From positions 3,521-67,520 of the forward strand of contig CAJQQZ010000030.1 of NCBI GenBank assembly GCA_905480575.1: DNA of 64,000 nucleotides, read 5' to 3'. A program made the translations under genes and the position numbers. The notes under the pieces were generated by a model that worked only from the letters and a program-made list of their open reading frames with translations, did no database searches and had not been told where the DNA came from. This DNA is from an uncultured Alphaproteobacteria bacterium. Lineage in GTDB: Bacteria; Pseudomonadota; Alphaproteobacteria; UBA7985; CAJQQZ01. Positions 1 to 9,258 of the stretch are shown piece by piece (within the stretch, counting starts at the first letter, position 1; each line of letters opens with the position of its first letter).

Positions 1-1548
1 GATACGCTGTTTTTGGCCGCCAGAAAGCTGTCTTGGGCGGCGGATCGCAAAGTCTCTCGGCAGTTTCACCTGATCAAGAAGTGTGTTGATGATGCCTTTG
101 CGGTCATCTTTGTCACCACCGATCTTGAACTTCTCAAGCACACGCATGATCTGGAAGCCGATGGTATGGCTAGGGTTCAGGGTATCAAAGGGGTTTTGGA
201 AAACCATCTGCAGACGGCTGACGGTTTCATGGGAGCGCTTAATGACCGGCTCGTAGCCCAACTCTTTGCCTTTCAGCATGATAGAACCGTCAGTGGCGGT
301 CTCTAGCCCCAACATGACTTTCGCAAAGGTTGATTTACCACAGCCGGATTCACCAACAATAGCAACCGTCTCACCCGCACGAGCAGAGAAATTAATGTCT
401 TCGTTGGCCTTTACAACTTGCTGCGTGGTTGAGAAAACACCCTTGGTAACGGAGTAGTGCTTTTTGAGATTTTTGACTTCAAGAACCACGTCGCCCAACG
501 TCGCGCCTTCATAAGTATGATCGGCAATTGGCGGAGCGTCCCAATCAATTTCATTGATGCGCAAACAGCGGCTTTCATGCCCGTCGCTGATTTCCTCTGG
601 GTAGATCTTGCCTGCGTTACACCGTGTCTCATCATAAAAGTCACACCGTGGGCCAAAGTTGCAACCGCGGGGGCGTTCGTGTGGCAATGGCAGCTGTCCG
701 CGGATCGGAATCAAAGGTCGGCTGTGTTTATCGGCCCCGGGCAGTGGAATAGCGTTGAACAAGCCGCGTGTGTATGGATGACGCATTTCGTCAAAAACTT
801 GGTGAACCGTGCCAGTTTCGACCGCTTCGCCTGAATACATCACCGTGATGCGTCGGCAAGTATCCAGAATCAAACCCAAGTTATGGGAAATATAAATGAT
901 TGAGGTACCGTGCTCTTCCGCAATCTCTTTAATGAGATCAACAATGCCAGCCTCAACTGTTACGTCCAGGGCTGTTGTCGGCTCATCCAGCAGCAAGAGT
1001 GAAGGGTTTGAGAGCAAGGCCATTGCAATCACAACACGCTGCTGCTGGCCACCAGAAATTTGGTGAGGGTAAGCTTTCATTAATCGCTCTGGATCAGGCA
1101 AGCGTACCTTGGCCAACATCTCTCGTGATCGTTCCCAGGCTTCGGCTTTGCTCGCACCTTCATGAATCATCGGTACTTCGATGAGCTGGTTGCCAATCAG
1201 CATAGCTGGATTGAGCGACGCCATTGGCTCCTGATAAACCATAGCGATATCGGAACCACGGAGTTCATTGAGCTCCTCCTCCGACATGGTAATCATATCA
1301 CGGCCTTTGTAACGGATAGATCCGCTGACAATGGCGCCGTTCTTGCCCATGTAATTCATGATCGCGAGAGCAACTGTCGATTTACCACAACCGGACTCAC
1401 CCACAATACCCATGGCGTCACCCGCCATGATCTTGCAGTTGAAGTCAACAACAGCAGGAATTTCGCCAGCGCGCGTAAAGTAGGAGATACAAAGATCTTC
1501 GCATTCAAGAATAGGAACTGACGGATCGTTTGTTTGATCTAATGGCAT
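1..1548 (-). CDS. ABC transporter ATP-binding protein, fused double ATPase (DppD/DppF-like); runs off the left edge
   Basis: Not in the ORF track. Hand translation from ATG at 1548 gives MPLDQTNDPSVPILECEDLCISYFTRAGEIPAVVDFN...GIVGESGCGKSTVA. Signature HQISGGQQQRVVIAMAL..LLLLDEPTTALD near 960-1080; second Walker A VAIVGESGCGKSTF near 325-370. Confidence 0.93.
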   Translation of the reverse strand, partial: MPLDQTNDPSVPILECEDLCISYFTRAGEIPAVVDFNCKIMAGDAMGIVGESGCGKSTVALAIMNYMGKNGAIVSGSIRYKGRDMITMSEEELNELRGSDIAMVYQEPMASLNPAMLIGNQLIEVPMIHEGASKAEAWERSREMLAKVRLPDPERLMKAYPHQISGGQQQRVVIAMALLSNPSLLLLDEPTTALDVTVEAGIVDLIKEIAEEHGTSIIYISHNLGLILDTCRRITVMYSGEAVETGTVHQVFDEMRHPYTRGLFNAIPLPGADKHSRPLIPIRGQLPLPHERPRGCNFGPRCDFYDETRCNAGKIYPEEISDGHESRCLRINEIDWDAPPIADHTYEGATLGDVVLEVKNLKKHYSVTKGVFSTTQQVVKANEDINFSARAGETVAIVGESGCGKSTFAKVMLGLETATDGSIMLKGKELGYEPVIKRSHETVSRLQMVFQNPFDTLNPSHTIGFQIMRVLEKFKIGGDKDDRKGIINTLLDQVKLPRDFAIRRPRQLSGGQKQRI

Positions 1549-1552
1549 CGCT

Positions 1553-2779
1553 CTAATCCTTCAAAGACTGTTCACGCATGGCATCAGCCAGCAGGTTGAG
1601 ACCAAGGACCAACGTCATAATGGCGATCGCTGGCGGCAAGACCATGTGCGGATAGACGCGCAACAAAGATCGACCCAGGTTAATCATGGAACCCCAGTCC
1701 GGACTTTCTGTACCAAGGCCAATGCCAAGGAAACCAAGCGTACCAAGTAGGATCGTTGTGTAACCAACCCGAAGTGCAGCATCAACAATGAGAGGTCCAC
1801 GTACGTTTGGTAGGATCTCAAAGATCATAATGTACCAAGAATTCTCACCACGCGTTTCAGCAGCTGATACATAATCACGTGTTTTTGTATCCAAGGCCAG
1901 GCCACGGACAATACGAAAGGCACCTGGGGCAGAGGCGAAAGATACCGCCACGAAAACATTCAACATGTTACCCGGCAGGCGAAGGAAGTCACGCACCCAA
2001 ATGGTGATGGATGAAGCCGTTTCTTGGTCGCCGCCACCAAAGGTTCTAGCCGCCCAATCAGCGAGCCAACCCAATCCAGGCAGATTGTAGGCGATGCGCA
2101 GGTAGGCGAAAATCAAAACCGGTCCAACAATAAGACATGCAATCAACAGCTTTCTCGACCAGCCACCGAAGTAGCCGTAGAGTCCGAAGAACAACAAAGC
2201 GATCGGGAACAAGAAAATGATACCTGCCAAAGCGATTGGTAGGTTTGAGTCTTTACCCATCAAAACAATCAGGTAGAACAAGACAATCACAGGGAAAGAA
2301 AGCACCGCATTGGCGATGAATGAAAGCACTGTGTCTAACCAACCGCCTTTGTAACCAGCTGCCAGTCCAAGCGTAATACCGACGGTAAACGACACAGCAG
2401 TCGCGAAGATAGCAATCGGCAGAACCAACTGTGTCCCCCAGATAATTCGTGAGAAAACATCACGTTGAATTTTGTCACCTCCAAAAATGAACGGTTGCGC
2501 GTTCTCAATACCTTGCGGCACGGTCATAGGCGGCTTGTTTTTCATGCCTCTGACAGTTTCCAACGGCTCATATAGATCCATGAAGCCAGCCAACAGAGCC
2601 GCGAACACCCAGAACAAAACCAAGAAGAGTCCGACGATACCCACAGGGCTGTCGTAGACATGACCATAAAGGCCTAAACGATGTCGGTTCATGTAAGAAC
2701 CGCCCATCACGATTAGCAGAGCCAACCATACGGGCCAAAGAGTAACGAAAAATTCACCAAGCAAAGAGAAAAATACCAT
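1553..2779 (-). CDS. Family-5 ABC transporter permease (DppC-like)
   Basis: GGDKIQRDVFSRIIWG, YVSAAETRGE (EAA loop), ILPNVRGPL, PDWGSMIN; multiple TM segments. Confidence 0.93.
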   Translation of the reverse strand: MVFFSLLGEFFVTLWPVWLALLIVMGGSYMNRHRLGLYGHVYDSPVGIVGLFLVLFWVFAALLAGFMDLYEPLETVRGMKNKPPMTVPQGIENAQPFIFGGDKIQRDVFSRIIWGTQLVLPIAIFATAVSFTVGITLGLAAGYKGGWLDTVLSFIANAVLSFPVIVLFYLIVLMGKDSNLPIALAGIIFLFPIALLFFGLYGYFGGWSRKLLIACLIVGPVLIFAYLRIAYNLPGLGWLADWAARTFGGGDQETASSITIWVRDFLRLPGNMLNVFVAVSFASAPGAFRIVRGLALDTKTRDYVSAAETRGENSWYIMIFEILPNVRGPLIVDAALRVGYTTILLGTLGFLGIGLGTESPDWGSMINLGRSLLRVYPHMVLPPAIAIMTLVLGLNLLADAMREQSLKD

Positions 2780-2790
2780 GATCGTTTCTC

Positions 2791-3939
2791 CTATTGCTTA
2801 CGCAGACGTGGGTTCAAAATAATGTACCCAATGTCTGAGATGAATTGCGTCGCCAGCACCACGATCACCGAAACAACGGAGCAGGCAACAATCAAGTTAA
2901 AGTCCATGTTGGTTGCAGCCCTGTTGAGGGCAAAACCAAAACCTTTGTAATTAAAGATGATCTCAACGATCACCACACCGCTCAACAGAAAAGGGAACTG
3001 GAGCATGATGATGGTGAACGGTGCGATCAGTGCGTTACGAAGCGCATGAGATAGAACAACTTTGCGTCTGGGAACGCCTTTCAGAATGGCAGTTCGGATA
3101 TACTGGGAAGCCATCACTTCCGCCATGGATGCCCGTGTCATGCGGGCGATGTAGCCGAAACCGTAAATAGCGACTGTGATCACTGGTAGGAATAAAACCG
3201 CAAAAGAAGTGCCATCCTTATCATAGTTGGAAACTGCCTTGAGCGGCGAACGTTTGGCCCAGCTATCAAACCAGGTATCCGTCCAAGCGAATAAATCAAA
3301 GAAGGCGGCCAGCCAGGCAAAGACACCAAAGGCGGTCGCAAAGAAAACTGTAAATAAGATACCCGACACATATTCCGGCATTGAGGTCGTTGCGATGGAT
3401 AGAACGGATAAAGACCGGTCTGTTTTCGACCCCTCATTCATGCCTGCTATAACCCCAACAAGTAACGCGAAGAATACCATGGGGATGAAAGTCCAGAATG
3501 CGAGAATTCCGGTAGCAGTAAGACGCTCATTAATGACCCCCCAGGGGTCTTTATTGGGTCGCGGTACACCATCCCGGTCTTTAATGACCTCACCCCGCGA
3601 ATCTAACTTAAACTCTGAATAGCCAAGAATATGCTTTTTAAAGACGATCGAATAACCCCAGTCCCCAACGACGAAGCCGCTTAGCCAATCCCAGTAACGC
3701 TCATAGACGGGATAAGGTGTGCACTTAGTCAGATCTCTCTCACCCTTTGGGCATTGATGAAAAATCTCACGGTTTATCCAACTCTTTGCTTCTTCTGGTG
3801 TCGTTCGCGAGCCTAACTCTCCCACCGCAAGTGCTCGAAGGGCTCGCTCATTAGAAGCGACGACGGCAAATACAGCAAAAGAGACCACCAACAGGGTCAA
3901 CAGCAAAATGAAAAATCGGCGGAGGGCGAAGGAAAGCAT
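2791..3939 (-). CDS. Family-5 ABC transporter permease (DppB-like)
   Basis: YWDWLSGFVVGDWGYS, ARMTRASMAEVMASQYIRTAILKG, HALRNAL, LSGVVIVEIIFNYKGFG. Confidence 0.93.
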   Translation of the reverse strand: MLSFALRRFFILLLTLLVVSFAVFAVVASNERALRALAVGELGSRTTPEEAKSWINREIFHQCPKGERDLTKCTPYPVYERYWDWLSGFVVGDWGYSIVFKKHILGYSEFKLDSRGEVIKDRDGVPRPNKDPWGVINERLTATGILAFWTFIPMVFFALLVGVIAGMNEGSKTDRSLSVLSIATTSMPEYVSGILFTVFFATAFGVFAWLAAFFDLFAWTDTWFDSWAKRSPLKAVSNYDKDGTSFAVLFLPVITVAIYGFGYIARMTRASMAEVMASQYIRTAILKGVPRRKVVLSHALRNALIAPFTIIMLQFPFLLSGVVIVEIIFNYKGFGFALNRAATNMDFNLIVACSVVSVIVVLATQFISDIGYIILNPRLRKQ

Positions 3940-3992
3940 AGGCTTGAGTCCTCAGTTGGTTGTTAACTTTAACAACCCAGGGGCTACAAAAT

Positions 3993-4024
3993 AAAAAGGG
4001 GACGGATGGTTTCCATCCGCCCCC
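3993..4024 (-). terminator. Intercistronic stem-loop / intrinsic terminator after the substrate-binding gene
   Basis: GGGG-A-CGGATGG ttt CCATCCG-CCCC hairpin preceded on + by A5 (U tract on the minus strand). Confidence 0.75.
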
Positions 4025-4041
4025 AACTCAAGGAGCTAAAA

Positions 4042-5670
4042 CTAGCCCATAGAGACTTCTTCTAGATGATGCTCGTTCGCTTGGTGCTTAAAGTAACCAT
4101 GGACAGCATCAGAGTGGTGACAAAGAATACCACGCCAGTAAGGCTGGATAATCACGCCATCATCTTGAAGGATTTTTTCCAGCTTGCCCATAACAACAGA
4201 GCGCGCTGCTGGATCGGCAAGTGAATTAGCTTCATCAAGCAATGCGTCAAACTCTGCATTGCTGTAGTTAGCTTCGTTCCACTTCACGCCGCCACGGTAG
4301 GCCAGACCATAAATCTGAACACCGAGAGGACGACCGTTCCAGTTAGTTGTTGAGTAAGGGTAGTTCAACCAGTTTGACCAGAAGTCAGAAGCTGGACGAC
4401 CATCTGCCTCAACATTGAGACCTGCCTCACGGAACTGAGAAATCATCGCCTCTGAAGTGGACTGACGATAGTCACCACCAGCAAGGTATGAATAAGTAAA
4501 CTCAGCGCCTGCAAGACCTTCTGACTCGAGAAGAGCTTTAGCAGCTTCGATGTTCTGCGTAGGCTTCTCACCGAGGTCAACGTACTCTTCGTGCATCGGA
4601 CCAACGTGATGGTTTTCAGCAACTGAACCAATACCGTTCTGGCCAACTTCCAGCATATCAGCGTTTGATACACAAAGAGCTAGGGCTTTACGGAAGTTTT
4701 TGTTGGCCATGATTGAGCCTTCAGACTGGTGACCACGAGCAATGATTGTCGCACCAGTGGCAACTTGCGAGCGGGTGAAGCCAAGGCCATCCATCAACTC
4801 AGCTTGAGCTGGGAAGGTTTCATAGTTAGCATCAATTTCGCCAGATTCAAAAGCGGCTGTTTCAGGCGCAGGATCGTTACCATAGTCAGTATAAACGATT
4901 GAATCGAGCTTAACTTCGCCCCATTCGGCTGTGCCGTACCACTCAGCAGGATCACGCTTTTCATAACGCGCACCAACTTCAACCTCGAACTCAACCATGT
5001 TGTAAGGGCCGGTTCCGATTGGATTAGCTGATAGATCACCACCAAAGTCTGGGTGAACGATAAGTCCAGGATAGTCAGCCATACCAGCAATGATTGTGAT
5101 GTCAGGCTTTGTTAGGTTGAGGCGAATAGTTGTCGCGTCAACAATCTCAACACCTTCTTTCGTCAAGGAAGACACACGAGCGGCCATTGAGTTGCCTTCA
5201 ACGTCACCTTCGGTCCAACGTTGTAGGTTCCAAGCAATGTGTTCGGCCGTACACTTGTCACCGTTGTTCCAGGTTACATTATCACGTAGCTTCAAAGTAT
5301 AAACGGTTGCGTCTTCGTTTGCTTCCCAACCAGCCAAAAGGCGCGGTGAGAATGTGAAGTCTCTGTTCCAACGAACGAGAGGCTCGCAAAAGTGACGCGC
5401 AGTATTGCCCATTTCTGACCAGTCAAAAAGACGTGGGTCAGTCATTTGCTTAACTTGCATAGAGATACGGAGTTCACCGCCCATCTTACCATGGCTTCCA
5501 GCAGCAGCAGGCTTAACACCGATCATTGACATAGCGGCAGCGCCAGTTACACCAAGTGCTGTGGCAGTCGCTAAAAATTCACGACGAGATACTTTGCCGT
5601 TCTTGACGTCTTTGGCAGCTTTGAGGACCGATGAAGGTACCTTACCGCCTAGCAATGTTCTTGAACTCAT
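4042..5670 (-). CDS. Family-5 ABC substrate-binding protein with twin-arginine signal
   Basis: SRREFL Tat motif, EPLVRW...PRLLAGWEANEDATVYTLKLRDNVTWNNG, PIGTGPY. Confidence 0.92.
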   Translation of the reverse strand: MSSRTLLGGKVPSSVLKAAKDVKNGKVSRREFLATATALGVTGAAAMSMIGVKPAAAGSHGKMGGELRISMQVKQMTDPRLFDWSEMGNTARHFCEPLVRWNRDFTFSPRLLAGWEANEDATVYTLKLRDNVTWNNGDKCTAEHIAWNLQRWTEGDVEGNSMAARVSSLTKEGVEIVDATTIRLNLTKPDITIIAGMADYPGLIVHPDFGGDLSANPIGTGPYNMVEFEVEVGARYEKRDPAEWYGTAEWGEVKLDSIVYTDYGNDPAPETAAFESGEIDANYETFPAQAELMDGLGFTRSQVATGATIIARGHQSEGSIMANKNFRKALALCVSNADMLEVGQNGIGSVAENHHVGPMHEEYVDLGEKPTQNIEAAKALLESEGLAGAEFTYSYLAGGDYRQSTSEAMISQFREAGLNVEADGRPASDFWSNWLNYPYSTTNWNGRPLGVQIYGLAYRGGVKWNEANYSNAEFDALLDEANSLADPAARSVVMGKLEKILQDDGVIIQPYWRGILCHHSDAVHGYFKHQANEHHLEEVSMG

Positions 5671-6001
5671 TTAAAACTCCCTGTTCTAATAATTTAACTC
5701 GATCAGATTTTGACTCCGATTCTTGGGCCACCTGATCGAAACTGGTTTCACGATAACCAGCCTCGACCGTAACAGATTTACGAGGTCGTTCAAGAAAGAT
5801 TACGAAAGTTACTGTTCTGGAGGCGTCACTTTCATCCGCAGATAGTCACCTTAGATTGTTTTAAATATCTACGGAAAATAGATTTGTAATCAACTTTCAA
5901 GTTCCTGGAGCGAAACAAACATTCCGCCTCAGGAAATTCTGCTATTCTGTTTAGGTTACAAAAAGAGACGAATCGATTTCTTGTTCACAGCTTCGTGAAC
6001 C

Positions 6002-7211
6002 ATGGCCAGAGCAATCCAAAATGAGTGTAGAACCACTTCTATGGTTGATTCGAAGGCATTCTTTAAGCGGCTCCCAATTTACAAGCGTTTTGTCGATCTT
6101 GCTAATCCAACCATATATCAAGATTTCCCATCAGATTGGTCCGTTGCCCTCGTCGATATTGTGGACTCGACCAAAGCAATCGCTGACGGAAACTATAAAG
6201 CCGTCAATATGGCGGGGGCCTCTTTGCTGTCAGCAATGCGGAACACCTTGAAAGCAGATCCTTTACCAACAATTTTTGGTGGCGATGGCGCAGCGGTCGC
6301 TTTGCCAGATGAAGAAACTGAAGCAGCGAAAGGAGTTCTGTTGAGCTGCCAGCATTGGGTTGAAGAAGCTCTTCAGCTGAAGATGCGCGTTGCTTTGGTT
6401 CCTGTAAGGGCCATTCACGAAGCCGGGCAATCGATCCGCGTTGCTCGCTTTGCTCCCTCGGATCATGTCGATTACGCCATGTTTGACGGTGGCGGATTGG
6501 CCTGGGCAGAAGACGCAATGAAAAAAGGGCTGTTTCCTGTCAGCAGTTCAGCACCGATTGAACCCCCCAAACCTGGAGGGTCTTTCATGTCGCTGGCACC
6601 CAATCGAAGCCAGGAAAGGCTCTATCCTTTCCGTCATCATTCTTCCTCAAAAACAGCATGACGAAGCTTTCACAGCTTTAACGGAACAAGTTCTTTCAAT
6701 CTTTCAAGAGGAAGACAACAGAGGCAGTCCGGTACCCAAAGAGGGACCAAAGTATGCTTTCTGGTCCAAGGGCATCGACCTGGAATCGGCAAAGGAAAGC
6801 GACCCTGAGAAAAAAAAGTCCCAGAAAAAATGGGTTCGGTTTGTAACTATTTTTGCTTGGTGTTTGGCTAAATTCAACATCAACTACAATGGTTTTTCGG
6901 CGAAACACTATGCTGAAGTGGTATCCGCGAATACTGATTTTCGAAAATTTGATGACGGATTGAAAATGACGGTCGATTGTAACCAAAGCCAGTTCACACG
7001 ATTAGAAGACCTGCTCACCCAAGAGCATCAGACCGGGACCTGCTTTTTTGGTCTTCATGCACAGGACCAGGCCTTGATTACTTGCATCGTTCCCTCCCCG
7101 ATGGAGGACGACCATATCCACTACGTTGACGGTGCAAAAGGTGGCTATGCCGTTGCTGCCTTGGCCATGAAAGAACAGATGAAAAAAACCAAGGAAGCTT
7201 TACCTTCTTAG
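6002..7211 (+). pseudogene. DUF3095-family protein split by a +1 frameshift at a C6 run (6563-6568); likely start ATG 6041
   Basis: ORF 6002-6661 carries VDIVDSTKAI..YKAVNMAGA and IFGGDGA; ORF 6558-7211 continues with NLEGLSCRW, FRKFDDGLKM, HYVDGAKGGYA. Removing one C joins them. Confidence 0.8.
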
Positions 7212-7258
7212 GTGTTCAGCGTTAAATGCTATCCAAATCCTTTTAGAGAGATACCGTA

Positions 7259-8041
7259 ATGCCATTTGTCGACGTTGGAACTCACAACATTCACTACGAG
7301 CTTCACGGAACCGAAAACAACCTAACCCTGGTTTTTTCCAACTCTCTCGGCACCGATCTCCACCTGTGGGACCATCAGGTCAGCTGGCTTTCAAAACATT
7401 TTCGCTGTGTCAGTTATGACAAGCGCGGCCACGGACAATCCAGCACTGCCGAAGGTGAATACACCATGGCAGATCTCGGGGGTGATGTTATCAAACTCAT
7501 GGATCATCTCGGAATCGATAAAGCCTTCTGGATCGGACTTTCTATTGGCGGCATGACCGGTCAGTGGCTGGCCGCGAACCACCCCGAACGATTTGAGAAA
7601 ATGGTGTTCGCCAATACATCCTCTTTTGCGGGCGGCACCAAACAGGTTTGGGTGGATCGTATTACAACTGTGTTAACACAAGGCATGGATGTGATCGCTG
7701 ATACAACCATTGACCGTTGGTTTACAAAAGCCTTCCAAACCAGCAATCCAGAAGCGGTCAAAAACCAAATGGATATGGTTAGACAATCAGATCCGAAGGG
7801 TTATGCTGGTTGTTGTGCTGCGATCCGCGATATGGATCTGCGTGAAAGCAACAAAAGCGTGTCAATGCCAGTTTTGGTCATTAACGGCTTGGTTGACATT
7901 GCAACACCGCCCGAAATGGGCAGACTAATCGCGGAAACCATTCCTGGCGCCACCCTTGAAGAGTTCGAGGCTCCACATATTTCTAATGTCGAAAATCAGG
8001 CCTCGTTCGACGCTGCCATCAAATCTTTTTTTGCACTCTAG
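7259..8041 (+). CDS. pcaD: 3-oxoadipate enol-lactonase
   Basis: FSNSLGTDLHLWD, YDKRGHG, GLSIGGMTG nucleophile elbow, GYAGCCAAIRDMD, HISNVE. Confidence 0.88.
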   Translation: MPFVDVGTHNIHYELHGTENNLTLVFSNSLGTDLHLWDHQVSWLSKHFRCVSYDKRGHGQSSTAEGEYTMADLGGDVIKLMDHLGIDKAFWIGLSIGGMTGQWLAANHPERFEKMVFANTSSFAGGTKQVWVDRITTVLTQGMDVIADTTIDRWFTKAFQTSNPEAVKNQMDMVRQSDPKGYAGCCAAIRDMDLRESNKSVSMPVLVINGLVDIATPPEMGRLIAETIPGATLEEFEAPHISNVENQASFDAAIKSFFAL

Positions 8042-8052
8042 GATCGAAACCT

Positions 8053-9258
8053 ATGACCTCAGAAGCTTTCATCTGTGACTACATTCGCACACCCATAGGC
8101 CGCTTTGGCGGCGCTCTTTCCTCCGTCCGTGCAGACGACTTAGGGGCTATTCCCATCAAAGCTCTCATAGATCGCAATTCTGATGTCGATTGGTCAAAGG
8201 TTGACGATGTTATCTATGGCTGTGCCAACCAAGCGGGCGAAGACAATCGCAACGTTGCCCGTATGTCTGCTTTGTTGGCTGGTTTGCCAACAACGGTTCC
8301 TGGGGCTACGATCAACCGCCTTTGTGGATCGGGAATGGATGCCATCGCGATTGCGTCACGCATGATCAAATCAGGCGAAGCCGATATTGTGATTGCCGGT
8401 GGTGTTGAGTCGATGTCGCGCGCACCGTTTGTGATGCCAAAAGCCGGTTCGGCCTTTTCCCGCAATGCGGAGATCTATGACACAACACTTGGATGGCGTT
8501 TCGTCAACAAGCTAATGAAAAAACAGTACGGCATCGATTCCATGCCAGAGACTGGAGAAAATGTAGCGGAGCAATTCGGCGTCAGTCGAGAAGACCAAGA
8601 TGCTTTTGCTCTTCGAAGCCAAGAGAAAGCAGCAGCAGCGCAAGCCAACGGCCGCTTGGCTCAGGAAATTACGCCAGTGACAATACCACAGCGCAAAGGC
8701 GATCCTCTTGTTGTGGAAAAGGACGAGCATCCTCGCCTGACCTCAATCGAGAAACTCGCGTCTCTTGGAACACCATTCAAAGAGAACGGCACGGTAACCG
8801 CGGGCAATGCGTCAGGCGTAAATGATGGTTCCGCTGCCGTCATCGTGGCCTCGGAAGCCGCCATGAAGGCCTACAACCTTACACCGATCGTTCGTGTTCT
8901 TGGTGCGGCAACCGCGGGCGTTGAACCACGGATCATGGGTATCGGCCCAGCGCCAGCGTCGCAGAAACTTTGTGATCGTTTGGGTATCAAACCAACAGAG
9001 TTTGATGTCGTCGAGTTGAATGAAGCTTTTGCTGCACAAGGCATCCCAACACTTAGACAGCTCGGCATCGATGAAGCAGCAGAGCATGTCAATCCAAATG
9101 GCGGTGCCATCGCTCTCGGCCATCCACTGGGGGCATCTGGCGCCAGAATAACTGGCTCCGCTGCCTTAGAGCTGGTCAATCGCAACGCCAAGCTAGCTCT
9201 GGCCACTATGTGCATCGGCGTCGGTCAGGGCATTGCCATCGCGCTCGAACGGGTTTAG
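8053..9258 (+). CDS. pcaF: 3-oxoadipyl-CoA thiolase
   Basis: GCANQAGEDNRNVARM, INRLCGSG catalytic Cys, NEAFA, GHPLGASG, TMCIGVGQG. Confidence 0.93.
   Translation: MTSEAFICDYIRTPIGRFGGALSSVRADDLGAIPIKALIDRNSDVDWSKVDDVIYGCANQAGEDNRNVARMSALLAGLPTTVPGATINRLCGSGMDAIAIASRMIKSGEADIVIAGGVESMSRAPFVMPKAGSAFSRNAEIYDTTLGWRFVNKLMKKQYGIDSMPETGENVAEQFGVSREDQDAFALRSQEKAAAAQANGRLAQEITPVTIPQRKGDPLVVEKDEHPRLTSIEKLASLGTPFKENGTVTAGNASGVNDGSAAVIVASEAAMKAYNLTPIVRVLGAATAGVEPRIMGIGPAPASQKLCDRLGIKPTEFDVVELNEAFAAQGIPTLRQLGIDEAAEHVNPNGGAIALGHPLGASGARITGSAALELVNRNAKLALATMCIGVGQGIAIALERV

Noticed and set aside
13-1521. + strand ORFs 13-306, 457-834 and 1162-1521
   Set aside because: Antisense shadows in register with the minus-strand ABC ATPase; no protein-like motifs.
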